64,000 nt of DNA from Zootoca vivipara (GCF_963506605.1 NC_083283.1:36642001-36706000); one strand, 5' to 3'; shown: positions 48,176 through 61,669, counted from the stretch's first letter. Program-made: numbers and translations. The notes: generated by a model from the letters alone, not told the origin.

Positions 48176-49753
48176 CCTATTGTCTTGGTACATTTCCCCA
48201 AAGTGTATTTCCTGTGTGTCAACTCAAGTATTACCAGTATTTCTGTTGTTTGACTTCCCAGATACTATTCCCACAAAAATTAAGGTTGTATGGACCCCCT
48301 GCCCTTCACAGAAAAAACTGGTAAATTCATCAGTTTTTCACTCTGGTACATCTTGAAAGACAACATCTGCATAGAACAGCAAATGATCCACATTTTAGTT
48401 CTCTGTCCAGATTTTGAGACAATGGTTTTTTTCATCCCGGGATTCATTATTTAAATTTCAAACAAACCTTAACATTTTTGGCAACTTAAAACACTAGGAT
48501 AATGCCCAGACAGTATTTACATAAAATTCACAAGCCACCTTGCTGCAAATCTCTAGCAAACACACATTGTGGATTGAATTTCACTCCACTTTTCTGGTCA
48601 ATTTTGCTTTGCCCATCTTCAAATTCCTATTGTCCACACTCCTAGAGAGTGCCTCTTGATGTTCTTCTGCAAGGAAATCCATGAAAAAAGAAGAAAGGGA
48701 AGGATGGGATAAAACAAAAACAAAAACAAACATTGCCTCTTAGCTTTGAGGGCTTGGAAAGACAATTCCAAACTCCATTCAGCTTATTTTCTTTCTTTCC
48801 AAGCTAGCAAAAAAAGCTGGAGTCACCCCCTTTCTTTTAAGGAAACAACAGCAAACCCTTCCAAATTTCTGAGGAGTAAAGGGGGAAGCCCAAGGGTTCA
48901 CCAATACCAAGCTGCTGCCAACCCAACACTTTTGAAGAACAATTTGCATTATATCAGAGTATTTTTGTTTCTGTGGAGGTCACTAGGCCTAGCATTAGAC
49001 CTAGAAAAGTTCCAGGAAAACAGTTTTTACTGTTTCCAGGTAAGCACATTTATTGGAAAGGGCAAAGAGTTTAAGGAAATTGATTTTGTAGTACCATCTG
49101 CCAGTTGCATTGCATAAAAGTGAAGTTTGTTCTTTTACTCGGTAAATTTGGTTTTTTATTGCAAGCGTTTTACATTATATAGCAATAACATTGTCCCAAG
49201 TGTTTAAGGAAAGGACATAGCAGGTAATTAAGTTACTTCAATTATAGCTGTAATTTTCAAAGTAGAATTATTTCAACAAGATTAATTAAATTTAACTGAA
49301 ACAGTTTTAGAAAGGCAGTTCCTCCACTGCAGAAATGACAGCCATCTCTAGTACCCAGAAAGTAGAGTGTGAAGAGCTCATTATGGGATGTCTTGTGTTA
49401 CTTGTTTCCTTCTGTTGGATACACTACAATCCATTCAGTCATTTCTGGTAGGCGTGAGTGAAGATCTACATCAGGTACAAGAGGGGAATAAATATCTACC
49501 TTAGAAACAAGGGAGTGAATGAAGATCTACATCAGCAACAAAGAGGGGGAATCAAATCAACTTTACCCAGATCAAAGGCCGTTGCAGGGCTAGGGGGGAA
49601 GGGGGGAGAGAGAAAGTGGCCTAATCTGAATCACACAGTGCAGGTGAAGAGACCCTAGGGGTGGGAGGAGGCCAGCGAAAACTGTTAACATGAAAAAATA
49701 AAAAGAGATAACTCCGCCTTTCCGTTTTTGCAATCATGCGAAAATGAAAGACA

Positions 49754-49769
49754 CCACTAAGGGGCGCCA
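49754..49769 (+). promoter_or_regulatory. Candidate CTCF motif
   Basis: CCACTAAGGGGCGCCA, one mismatch to the CCACTAGGGGGCGC core; motif match only. Confidence 0.35.
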
Positions 49770-51734
49770 CTGGATATGTTGATTCTGCAGCACTTCCGCA
49801 AAAGAGAACGGAAATGACCCATTGACTGTAATCACCTGGAGATCGCGGTTAAGAGCTTAGGCAGTTTCAGCGGTGGGCACCCTTCAGAATTAGGTGCCCG
49901 GGTGCACTGTACCCCTTGCACCCTCAGGTAAAGACGGCCCTGGGGAGGTTAACAAGGAAGAGGCAGATCTGGTCTCCATGGAGTGCTGCAGAAAGAACAT
50001 CTTTATATAGGGGCAGTATCAGCTCATTGTGAAGATGGGATTAATTTTGCAAGACAAAGACACAGAAAAGCTACTAAATTCCAAAATATTTGTGAAGATG
50101 CCCAGTTTCGGGCTTTAGTGAGTCTCACGGAGGAGAAGTTCCATTCACTGTTTTCATATTTCTGCCTGCATGCTGCTGCATTAGATTCCTAGAGCCTTTT
50201 AGAATGAAAAACAACAATACCAAATGGTTTTTCATATACTGAGAAAGGCTCCAATCCTAGACATATTTACTTGGGTACCCTTAAGTCAATGAGGCTTATG
50301 TCTGTGTAGGCATGGATTAGATTGCACTTTTAAGATCCTAAAACCAGATTTGATGGAATGTACAAAATATCTAGGCTTTCATTCTATTCCCAACAATGGT
50401 CATCTGGACATTCCTGGGAAGCTTACAAGCAGGTCTCGAGTGCACCAGCTCTCTCCTTTTGCTTGTCCCCAACACCTGCTGTTCAGAACATCTGGCGTAT
50501 TCTTTCCCTAAAGGTATAATCTGGTTTGTAACTCAAGCATTATAATAAATATAATAAAAATAAATAAATAACTGGCACAGAAATAACAGAAAAGGACACT
50601 TTAAGCATCTGTACCCAATGGAAAATTGTTTGAGAAATAATCTAAATGCTCTGAGGTCTGAAAAAAAAAGTTTTTCCTAAAGGCAGTATGTATTCCAGCT
50701 GAGGCTATATCAAATCATATAGTAACTGAATCATAGTAAGTTTAATTTATTCCACAACAAGGTGCAACCAGATAGTCAGTTCCCAGAACTCTAATATTTA
50801 TATTCCGCTTCTTCATAGTTCAAAGGAAACAGCAGCTCAAAAGAACTGTTATGGTGCCCAAAGGGACTCACTGAAAAGGAAACTAGGAGAAAGCTGGCAG
50901 GAATCTGCTCTGAAAGAAAGAGTCTATACCGTTTGGCAGGAAATGTCCGGAAAATGTGAAGTAAGGAAAAAATGAATGAGAGTCAATGCTAAGCCTGTGT
51001 TTATGAAGTCAAGCTTAATTTAGAGTTATTTCAACGTTCTTTCAGACAAAAATGAACTAACAGCTGAAGGGGAAAAATGGCTCTAAATAAGTTTGCTTTT
51101 CTTTGAGCAATTTCCTCTCCAGGCTCGGTAACACCCTGAGCTACTAAGTCGCCCACTGTGTTAAATATACAAGTTGACAATATAATTTAGCTTTTATGGC
51201 TACCTTCTCACTCTCAAATTTATTGTAGTCCACCACAAAAAGGGACTGAAATTAAAATATTTATAAAGATGTGAAGATGACATAGTTTTGTGGTTCGTGA
51301 AAGAGCACAAAAATTACACGGTAGACTTAATTGCTATCCCAAGGTGTATGCAATATATATAAATACATATAAATATACACTATCCCAGGTGTATGCAATA
51401 TAAACTAAAAGCTATAATTAAGCATGAAGCCAAAGCAGAAGTATAGCCAGCCCTGAAGGATACTATTTATTTTTCCAGTTCAATAAAGCTATTTAGAACA
51501 GCACACTGGTGCGTGTGGAGAGGCCATAGCTCGTGCAGAGCATGAGGAAGGTCTTGCTGGACAAGAGCCAGGCTTCCATCTAGTCCAACATTCTTTTTTT
51601 CAACAGTGAATAGCCAAATGCCTCCATTGAGCACCCAAGCCACATCACCTCTCAGCTATTTACAGGCCTCTTCTTCCTGAATTTGTTCATTCCCACTTTG
51701 AGAAAACAAAACAAAATCTCTTTTAAGATAGTTT

Positions 51735-52170
51735 ACATTAGGGATCATCTCTCAATTTCCTTTCTCTTGGTTTTTCAAATCTAGAAACTGATAAACAGAG
51801 AGAAATGAAACTGAGAATTGATCCCTAATGTCAAGTTCAGTTCTCCACATTTCTGCGTCAGTTCACAATACCTTTCTTTTAAGTCCTCGTGGAAATTTGT
51901 CAGTGTTTTAATACAAATTTATCCTAATATACACATTTTTTGTATGCAGTTTCAATATACACAATTTTGCAAGTAATTTCTTTCATAAATATATGGCTTT
52001 TTATCCACATTTTTACTATAATATATACAGTACGTTTACCAACGCATCCTTTGGAACTACACCACAAAATTCAGAGATCAGCGAGTTTTGAAGGATAGCT
52101 CAGTTATGGTTTCAGAAAGTGAAAATTATGTGGGTTCACATTAAAATCCTAACCAAACCTAACTAGTGCA
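51735..52170. mobile_element. Diverged interspersed repeat (probable non-autonomous DNA transposon) with fold-back end
   Basis: Reverse-complement similarity to 61670-62080 (AGTTCAGTTCTCCACATTTC...CCTAATATACACATTTTT). Confidence 0.6.
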
Positions 52171-53670
52171 CATATTTCATGGTGGAAATTTTCACTGATT
52201 GACCATGAACTGTGTAAAGAGCTATGGTGTGTCCTGAATCTACCGCTGACCATTTTCAGGTTATCCTGTATTTCATTACTGAATACAATGCATCTCCCTA
52301 TACTATATTTAGATTTCCATCACACTGTTTTCTGGGGTTCTAAAACTAGGGGTGGGGGTGGGGGTTGCATGCCCTGGATGGTTTCACTTTGATTGGTGTG
52401 TGTGCATGTGTGTGTGTTTGTGGCCCCTCTGAAAGCCTAGAGAGCTTTCCAGGACAGCTTCCACTGCCCCTTCATGGCTGCAGGCTTTTGAAAGGCACTT
52501 GGGTAAAGAGACAGAGGCAGTGAAGGGTGTGGATAGGGGCAGCTTCTCTCCAGTAAAACGAGAAGCATCCATGGGATGGGATAGAGAAAGAGATGCTCTT
52601 GGGTAGAGAGAGACAGAGGAAGAATGCATGGTCTTTATATATGGGAGTGGGGGGGGGGGTAAGAGAGGCAGAGAGATACATATCTGTCCAGTTTGTTATG
52701 TGTGTGTAGAAAGTGTGTGTGTGTGTTGCGTAGTTCAAGACAGAATGTGGAGCAGGAAGGGAGGTGGTGAGGGGAGTGACCAGGGGCACAGCTCCCCTAC
52801 TATATCAATAGACATTTCCACTTTTGTCATAGCATTCACATTAGCGTTATTTACATTTATAGAGTTATCCCATAGATTAGTTTCCACTCCACATTCCTGA
52901 AAATAGCCACCCCACATCTCCCATTCTCTGACATATTTTCTCTTTCAGAATAATCAGTTAGAATAATCAATAAATATATTATAAACATGTGTTTTACAAT
53001 GATGTTGTTAATGATAGAGCCAATTAACATTGCTGCAGATCTCTTAGATACAAGATTAAAGCATGGCAAAAAAATTAGTAAAAACAGCATTGCTACTGCA
53101 TTTGACTATACTATGAAAAATCACAAAAGGCAGGGGAAGTACTTACAGATGTTGTAAAATATAGAACATTTTCAGATGTAGAGTTTGGGAATCTGCTGAG
53201 CACATTGCTCCTGCAATATGATGACAGGAACCTTATGCAATATAGTCCCTGGCACCTCTTTCATCTCACTTGCCCCATATTTACCCAACTCCTGCATCTA
53301 GCAAAAGAAACCAACACACGTTTAATCATAAAACACTCCCAATATTGAGAATATTTTATTTTTAATCCATGAATACCTTCCATATTCTGAAGTCTGTGTC
53401 AGGGACACCTCTATATATGAAGGGACCCTAGGCTTACTACCTTTTGAACATTGCCAGATTAAACCTTGTGGAGGCTCCTAGGCAGTCAAAATCTCTGGGG
53501 GGCCCTCTCCTCATACGTTTTTGTAATTTCCTTTCAAGATCAAATCAATATTAGTTTGATCCCTTGCCGGGGCCCCTAAAAAGCATGGGGCCCATAGGCC
53601 AGTGCTTACTCTGCCTATATGGTAAACAAGCACTGCCTTGCCCTCCATCAGTGGGCATCCCTGGCAGTCA

Positions 53671-53785
53671 TGTTGTTGTTGTTTAGTCATTTAGCGGTGT
53701 CCGACTCTTCGTGACCCCATGGACCAGAGCACGCCAGGCACTCCTGTCTTCCACTGCCTCCCGCAGTTTGGCCAGACTCATGTTC
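53671..53785 (-). mobile_element. BovB 3' end fragment
   Basis: (GTT)n then TAGTCATTTAGCGGTGTCCGACTCTTCGTGACCCCATGGACCAGAGCACGCCAGGCACTCCTG. Confidence 0.92.
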
Positions 53786-54622
53786 TGACCTGGCAGCAGG
53801 ACTCCAAGTAAAACCAGCTTGCAGGGTCTAGCTACCATTTAATTTTTCCACAATGGTTCCAGTGTAGTGTCACTCTGGGCATTGTGGGGAATTTAAAAGG
53901 CAGGAACATTCAGCTGCTGGGCTAGCCCACCCAAGGAGGCAAGGTGAGGTGGCCGCCTCATGTGGCAGGATCCACACAAGCAGCAGCTCCAGCCTCCAAA
54001 GAATCCATCGCTTGCTGTTGCTGCGGTGTCAGATGCAGAACTCTCCTGTGAGGCCAGAACTCTCCTGTGATGCCTCCTTAGTATCCCCCAATGACACCTC
54101 TACAGAAGCCTCTTGGCGAACAGGAGGCACTGCACTCTGCTGGAATTATTCAAAGCAGGCCCCTTCCCCTACACACAACAGCCTTTGATTCCTACTTCAG
54201 TCATCATGTAAGGTGGATTTGACCCCCTCTCTTGTTCCCAAAGCAGATCTTCACTCGCCCGTTCTTCCCTGGTGGGAGGTGGGACGCCATTTTGTGGTTT
54301 GCCTCAAAAAATTTCTCGGGCCAGTCCTGCCCAGATGCCTTGTGCTATTTGAGGTGGCAGGCTGGAATGCTTTGCATTTTTTAAATTAGGAGCTAAGGGC
54401 AAACAGTGGGCCCTGGCAGGGTGCTGTGGCCCAGATATCAGGAGCTGACACTATCCCTGTTGGTCCATGAGTTGTTCTTCTGAAGCACATCTAGTAAGCG
54501 TGTCAGAGTTTGTTGTCTTGCCACTTAGGATGTATTGGTAGTAGTGTAGTAGATGAATATAGTAGCATATAGCAAAATCCTGGGGGAAATACTGTTGAGC
54601 ATATGCCCAGCTTTGGCACAAC

Positions 54623-54625
<3 letters not shown>

Positions 54626-54663
<38 letters not shown>
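54626..54663. repeat. (GT)n microsatellite
   Basis: About 19 units. Confidence 0.97.
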
Positions 54664-54666
<3 letters not shown>

Positions 54667-55546
54667 GGTGTTAGGTTAAAAAAAATGTGGTTCATATGTA
54701 TTCTATTAGTTTCAGTGTATTTTGATCTGTAACAGCGGTTTTCAATAGATTGGCATCCAAAAGTCCTCAAATTTTATGCTAAAGGTGGGACTTGCTCCCA
54801 ATAGGTGTGTTCTGGAATGTTGGAACCTGTATTCTGTTCCCAATCATATTTGATTTCAGTATTTGATATCAAGCAGTTGATAGTATTTAAGAGTTTACAT
54901 GCTTTCAAAAAACATCTTCAAGGAACACTTTCTGTATCAGCATCTACCAAAGAACATCAGTATCATCTCTCACAGTCAGGATTTAAGCAGTTCACAAAGG
55001 ATTCTGGGGGCATATTCTAGGCTTTACACTAAGTTCACCCAGTGACTCTCACAGTACACTTTAGGAGTGAAATTATTTTTCCAGGCGTTGTCAGAAAACC
55101 AATCCTTTTGGAAGTAGTAAAACCTCAGAGTGAAGGCGTGCCTCCAAAGGATGCTAATTTAAACACAGGGACCTATGCTAGTTTTGTTACCACTCCATGC
55201 TGGGAAATCCATTTTCCACCAGCTATCCATACACCCTGCCGGAGTAATGAAAAAAGACTTTAACCCTGTATACATCTTTAATCTATACGCAGACATGTAT
55301 GCCATTAAACAGCTGCTGAGCTGAAATGAGGCTTTCTCTTGGTTTCCTTATACCATACACAAAGTTTGCATGGGAATTCTGTAGACAAGCCAGTTTGTCT
55401 CTCCATGAAGCATATGTAAGAAAGGCAAGCATTGCAGAATAGCCTAAAACTCAGGATATCTTCCTTTTCTAACTGAAATGAACACTGAACTACCGTTAAT
55501 ATATGATAGCACAAAACACACAAACATGGTCTGGAGATATGAAGCA

Positions 55547-55547
<1 letters not shown>

Positions 55548-55593
<46 letters not shown>
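55548..55593. repeat. (CA)n microsatellite
   Basis: About 22 units. Confidence 0.97.
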
Positions 55594-55595
<2 letters not shown>

Positions 55596-58153
55596 CACTT
55601 GGCATTTAATGTTAGGTACAAAACCAACAAGAGTGAGGGAATTAAAAATTAAGAGTTGCTGTCAGGACTTCAGGGTGCATTATATGATCCCACTCTTTTC
55701 AAAAAACAGTGATTAGGGAGATGACCGCCAAGGAAGGAAAAGAGTACCTCAAAATGAAGACCCATGCTGGTGAGTAAGCCTACATCTCACTTCATATGGC
55801 AGAAACCTGTAGTAATTATCAGAGCCAGGGTTTAGAAGGGCGATATCGAGACTTTAAGTCTGAGGCTGGAGCCAATTAAAATAGAAATAATCATGGCGAG
55901 GAAAGTTTGGCATGTGATAAAAATCCATGTGGCTGTGACACGTGTTTGTGATCCAAAGCCTTGCCATTTGCCTTTATGAAACTGCTAAACTGCAGATAAT
56001 AAACACACTGAGATGTGTCTGGCTTTCAGTACCAAGCAGGATTTTTCTTTTGTTTTTTTTTAAAGCAGCATTAGAGCTATGTGCAGTGTAGATTTATGGG
56101 GTGTTACAAGTTCAGGAAGCCATGAGAGAGTGAAAGTGCCAGGCCCGTGGCTCAAAAAAACAGAAAGCCTGGGGAATGAAATGTCAAAGCGTTAATGTAA
56201 TCCTTGCTCGATCTGGTAGTTCTAGTATCTCCATATCAGCATTTCAGTGTCAGAGTTTCGCATTAAATAGGAGAGTTTATAGCATATAATTATTGATAGT
56301 TTGAAAGACAGGTTTTTTTGTGCTATAGCCTATACTGTAAGCGCAGGTTGTAAAGGAAGCATTTTGCTTATCTGTTGCCACATCCAGGGCGTTTTGCACT
56401 CCCAACAGCCATTAGAAATGTGAAGCACAATTTGCATAGAGCCATGTTCCCTAGTCCCACCACCACCCATCAGAACTCATCACTTTTCATTATTCCAGTG
56501 AGAACAGCCAGCTGCAATCTGTCTGGGAAAATGGATGACTAAGCAATCCCAACCAAGTGTTCACCAAGACTGGGGAACAGCTCTACCATTCTCCATTTCA
56601 GAAAGGTTGTAGAGATGTTTCTGTTGCCCTGCGCCATTGTAAACTGATGTGGTCATTGACCAGCATATATGAAGCATGGCTGTTCATGCATCAGCCATGA
56701 CTGCCCTTAATGCCATGACACTACGTCTATCCCAAATACTCTTAAACACGAGTGCTGTTGTCACAGAAGGCTCATTTACATGCTAGAGTCATTTCAAGGA
56801 ACGTGTGTTATTTTACAAGGCTGCCAAAGTAAAGACCTCTTCAAACCAGGGATGTAGCAAGGTTGTATGATTATTTTTTATGATGTCCATCTTGACACAT
56901 GTATGCACAATCACATATTATGCATCAGGTGACAGGCTCAGCGAAATCATGCAATTGCCAACCATGCTGGTGCAATCAAACTCTGCTCCTTGAAAAAATT
57001 GTGCCAAATAATGTCAATGATTATTGACACCCAATTCCGGAACTGGTCCTTTCCAAAGCATACCATGTTCTATCAACTGAAGAAGCTGTTTATTCTTACT
57101 TCAAACCAAGGCAAAATCTTTTCCCAAGAAAACCTCTCTGAAGAAAATTCAAAGCAAGAAAAGAAATGGCAACCAATGAGCCAAAGAACTGCTGAGGACA
57201 GGCTTGGTATGAAATTGAGGATTTGGTGTGCAACAGCCCATGACCTAGCCTGAGGGTAACTGCAGGGGTGTTTTTTTTGTACTCCATCCTACCACCTACG
57301 GCCAACATGAAATCTCTGAAGCACCAAACTGTTTTTATTCTGTCAAAATGATGGATCTGGCTATATAATAAATTACAGGGAGCAATCTGTCCTAGTCAAA
57401 TAAAACTCTGCAGGATTGCTGAAAAGATAGGTAGTAGGTGGAGAGAGTAGAGTTGGGGTGGGGAGGGTTAGTGGCTTAAAAAACAACAATGCTGTGATAG
57501 TGGTAAGAACAGAAAATGTTCTCCATGCTTCTAGATGAACCTGAAGGTTTCCCCTCCTGCTGCTATTTTTTGTAGCATGTCACTGTTCTCTTATAGCACT
57601 TACATGTCTGAAATCAGAATAGTGAGTGCTAAATATGCACAACTGATATTTTAGCATGGGAACAAGAGTCTTATATAAACACTGTTGTTGGTTTGCCTGA
57701 GGTTAATAACAAAAAGCACCCCTAAGCCATCCTTAGAAGTCATGCATATGTCAAAGACCTTCTCTGCTTTCACAGGTACATCGTGACAAGACAAGACCCC
57801 ATGTGGTATTCTGGAGGCATCACCTACATATTTAAAATAGCTATTCAGTCGATACTTTTCAGCTGATAGTACTGCTGCCATGCAGCTGTCCATTTGTTCT
57901 TGTGCAATTGCCCATTGGTTGTCAGGTTGTCAGGCAGTGCCCTTCATTTTTAAGACAAGAAAGCAGGATTGGGACATATAGAAAGCAATATGGAATATGG
58001 GTTCCTGGTGGTGCAATGTGAAAGAAGAACAAATCACAAGGACAACTTAATCCATCACAAAACTTGCACAGTTTAAGAGCTCTTAAAACCATAAGTGGCA
58101 TAAGTGGGAGTTGTGGCACAGGAATGTTTGGGAGTTGTCTGATTGCTCTAGAC

Positions 58154-58491
58154 CAGGCACGTCCAACAGGTAGATTGTGATCTACCAGTAGATCACTGGA
58201 TGTCTGTGGTAGATCACTGCTAGATCACTGGCACCCCTAAAAAAAGCTCACCCAAAATTTTCCTCCTCCCTAAAAAAAGCTGATCTATGACCTGAAGCCC
58301 TAAACAAAAATGGGCCTCCCTCCCTCCTAAAAGAAGCTCAAAAAGTTTGACCTAAACCCAAAAAAACAGGGCTTCCCTTCCTTAAAAAAACTCAACAGTT
58401 TTGACCTGAACCCCCCCCCAAAGGGGGTAGATCACTCCTGTTTTTTAACTCTGTGAGTAGATCAGAGTCTCTTGGGAGTTGGCCACCCCTG
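58154..58491. mobile_element. 338-bp hAT MITE
   Basis: Perfect TSD CTCTAGAC (58146-58153, 58492-58499); inverted copy of 42936-43271. Confidence 0.93.
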
Positions 58492-60922
58492 CTCTAGACA
58501 AACCAGGAGCAAACATTGCCACCCATTCACTATTTAAGCATTCAACGTTGCCTCAATTTCTGCTGCATCTGAACATGAAAGTATTCTTAGACCCATGTCT
58601 GAGTTTGTGATGTGCGAAGGAACACTAATGCCTGTCCTCTGGGCCAAACACATGGAAAAAAACGCACTGCCAAACATGAGTGACAGAGATGCCAACAAGG
58701 GCCACACATAATGTGTTCATGTTTTAGCTGCTCTCAATATTTGTTTTATTGTGGGGAAAACCACACACACCCAACACACACACACATGCTTGTGAAATCT
58801 AATTGTTCCTGAGTAATGTCCTCTTCTGTAATGCTCCTTGCTTCACATGGAAGGCTGGGAAAGTTGCTCATGCTTCAGGGGTGGAGAAGGGAGCTTTACA
58901 AAAGCAAATGCAGGCTGTTGGGAAATGCATTGTGGGAGGGAGAGAATTGTGTACTAGTCTCAAAGTGTCTGGGGGAAAAGCAAGCAAACACAACCACCCT
59001 TTTAGGACTACTATAGCCTTTCCAAGACATCTTTGTATTTTTGCTGAGGCTCTTGGGTCTGCATGGCTTCAGTCCAGCTGTTGTCATGTACGTATTCCCT
59101 CCCCACCCCAGTGGGTGGCTTCTCTTGTCTCAGGTGACTGGAGAAGATGATTCCTGCTGATTCATTCATTCTGGCCAAACCAAGCACTCTAGGTGGCTGG
59201 CAGAAGAGTAAAGCCATGGGGGAAGCCATGATAGAGGGTGGGAGATGGATCACTGATCTGATTCTCCTGGCATTACATATACTGAATCAAACCAAGAGTT
59301 GTGTGGTTTCCAAGGCAACACACTGCCTTCCCCATTCCCATACAACAATTTCCAAGCAGAAGTGCAAAAATGTATATGCACAAAATAATACCAAGCAAAT
59401 TAAAGCCTTGAAACAAATGAGTTTTTTTAAAGGAGCTGCAAAGTCGACTGCAATTTTCAATCTACTTATGAGATTAATAATGCTAGGAATGTTCGTTTGT
59501 AATAAGAATATATAGATAATGCTGATTGCCAACAAGACAATAGGAATGGATCTTCTGGAACAGCCTTCACCAACCTCTCCAGATGTTGTTAGACTCCAGG
59601 GTGCTGGCAGGGGTTGATGGGAACAGTCATTCAACATCTGAAGGGCATCAGGTTGGTGAAGGCTTATCTCACAGCACCCCAAGTCTAGTCCTCTCACTTC
59701 ATATTGGAAGTAGAAAGCAGGGTTTTAATATATTATGGAAGAAAAGGCTCGACATTATTTAATGTAGGTTTAAATAAAAGCATATTTTCTATTTCACTGA
59801 TAATATTTTATGTATTAAGCATATTACACACACATTATAGGTGTGAAGGGGAGTCACCTGATTAAAGGGGCTGTGGTGCCATACTGCTGGTTCTGCCTCC
59901 AAATATCATGTGGCTTCCTGTGCCCCATAATATTCATGGATTATACATGGACAACTGAGCTGGGGAAGCCTACCTGCATAGACCTGTACGTTTCCCCTAG
60001 GAAATGGACCACTGCATAGCCTGAGTTCCAGCACCCAGGGAAGTCTGTGCACATAGAGATCTACATGCATAAAACTTCTACTGCAGACATTCATGCTTGA
60101 TGTGTGGATGTCAGGGGCAGAATGAGGATGTTGTGCAATCTCAGGGGAGAAGTGAACAGTGGGAAAGGGCAGTGCCACACACCTGGCCTCCTGGCAGCAG
60201 CAGCAGCACTGCCATATACTGGAAGGGAGGGGAGGGAGATGACAAGTTGGTGCTGTGTGCGAAGAGATTTTCACACCTGAGGCAGACACTAAAATGGTAT
60301 CCCCCTCACGGCCAGGGAACAAGGAACACCAGGAACTGGTGGGATCCACAGAATGCTGTGTGAAATAGTAAGTCTGCAGGCCTGCGTGTACTAGTAAAGT
60401 GAAATTGGCTGATGCAATACGTTCTATAGGAGTGCTGGGTCAGAATGTCTCAGCAGTAATGTGCTGTCAGTTGATTGGCTGTCATCAGTTTAAAAGGGAA
60501 ACCTTTCCAGGAGTGAGTGTGGTGGTGGAGTAGAAGGGTGTGGTCAGTGAGAGGTTTAGAGAGAGTATAAACTGTTCATGTATGAACTGCCTGTAGATAT
60601 TTGTATATAGCTCACAATAAATAGGCTATCCTGCACTGAGGAACCTGGAACTCTGAGCATTTCTGCTAAAACACCGTGAAGGAATTCGCGACAGCAACAA
60701 GGAGGGGAGAAAGATCTGTATCCAAGATTTGCTGCCCCTGTGGATCTTGCCGCCTGAAGCACCCTCATAGGTGGGCCTGCCCTGGCTGTGTGGCCACACC
60801 AGCAGAACCAATCTGGCTTTTCCACCAGTGCAGCTGCACAGTGCCAATGTCTCTTCCAGTCAGTGGCAGTGACTCAGAGGGTGGGGCACATTTTTGTAGT
60901 GCAGGGGCAACTTACCGTAAGG

Positions 60923-61058
60923 CAGGCATCCCCAAACTTCGGCCCTCCAGATGTTTTGGACTACAATTCCCATCTTCCCTGACCACTGGTCCTGTTAGCT
61001 AGGGATCATGGGAGTTGTAGGCCAAAACATCTGGAGGGCCGCAGTTTGGGGATGCCTG
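60923..61058. mobile_element. 136-bp family hAT MITE
   Basis: Perfect TSD CCGTAAGG (60915-60922, 61059-61066). Confidence 0.95.
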
Positions 61059-61391
61059 CCGTAAGGGAACTAATGCATCCTCTCCTTCAACCACCTGCAT
61101 AAAATAAAGACATTCCAAGCACCTAACAGTATGCAAGGTTTGCTTTGCTCTCCGGCCTTATCAATAGCAGACACTGCTTATAAATCTGCTCCAGAGGAAT
61201 GCTGTCCACTAGAGACAGCATAAATTGATTTAACCTTCAAGAGCATTCTTTACAAATGTCATAGAAAATGTTTTACTCAGTATTCCGCAAGGATCTTAGA
61301 GGGGCCATTCATTCATTCATTCATTCATTATATTGACATGATATGCAAAAATGAAGCTTGTGGAAAAAGGGGGGGAATGCAGCAAACATAC

Positions 61392-61548
61392 TGTTGTTGT
61401 TTAGTAGTCTTAGTTGTGTTCGGCTCTCCGTGACCCCATGAACCAGAGCATGCCTTGGAAACTCTCACTTCCTTCTCAAAGCTTCTCCTTTTTTATGTCC
61501 ATGGAGTTTTCATGGCAAATACTGCAGTGGGTTGCCAGTTCCTTCTCC
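61392..61548 (-). mobile_element. Diverged BovB/RTE-related 3' end fragment
   Basis: TGTTGTTGTTTAGTAGTCTTAGTTGTGTTCGGCTCTCCGTGACCCCATGAACCAGAGCATGCC, followed by GTTTTCATGGCAAATACTGCAGTGGGTTGCCAGTTCCTTCTCC. Confidence 0.7.
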
Positions 61549-61669
61549 ATATAAATCTGCTTAAAACAGCCTTTACCAACCTGGTGCTCTCCATATGTTT
61601 TGGACTACAGCTCCCATCAGCTCCAGCCAGAACAGTTCCAATGGGTGGGGTTGATGGGAATTGTAGTTA

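Noticed and set aside
48950-50966. Three plus-strand AG...GT segments (about 48959-49039, 49992-50137, 50819-50960) as a possible exon chain
   Set aside because: No recognisable protein and several weak acceptors; such matches are expected by chance in 64 kb.
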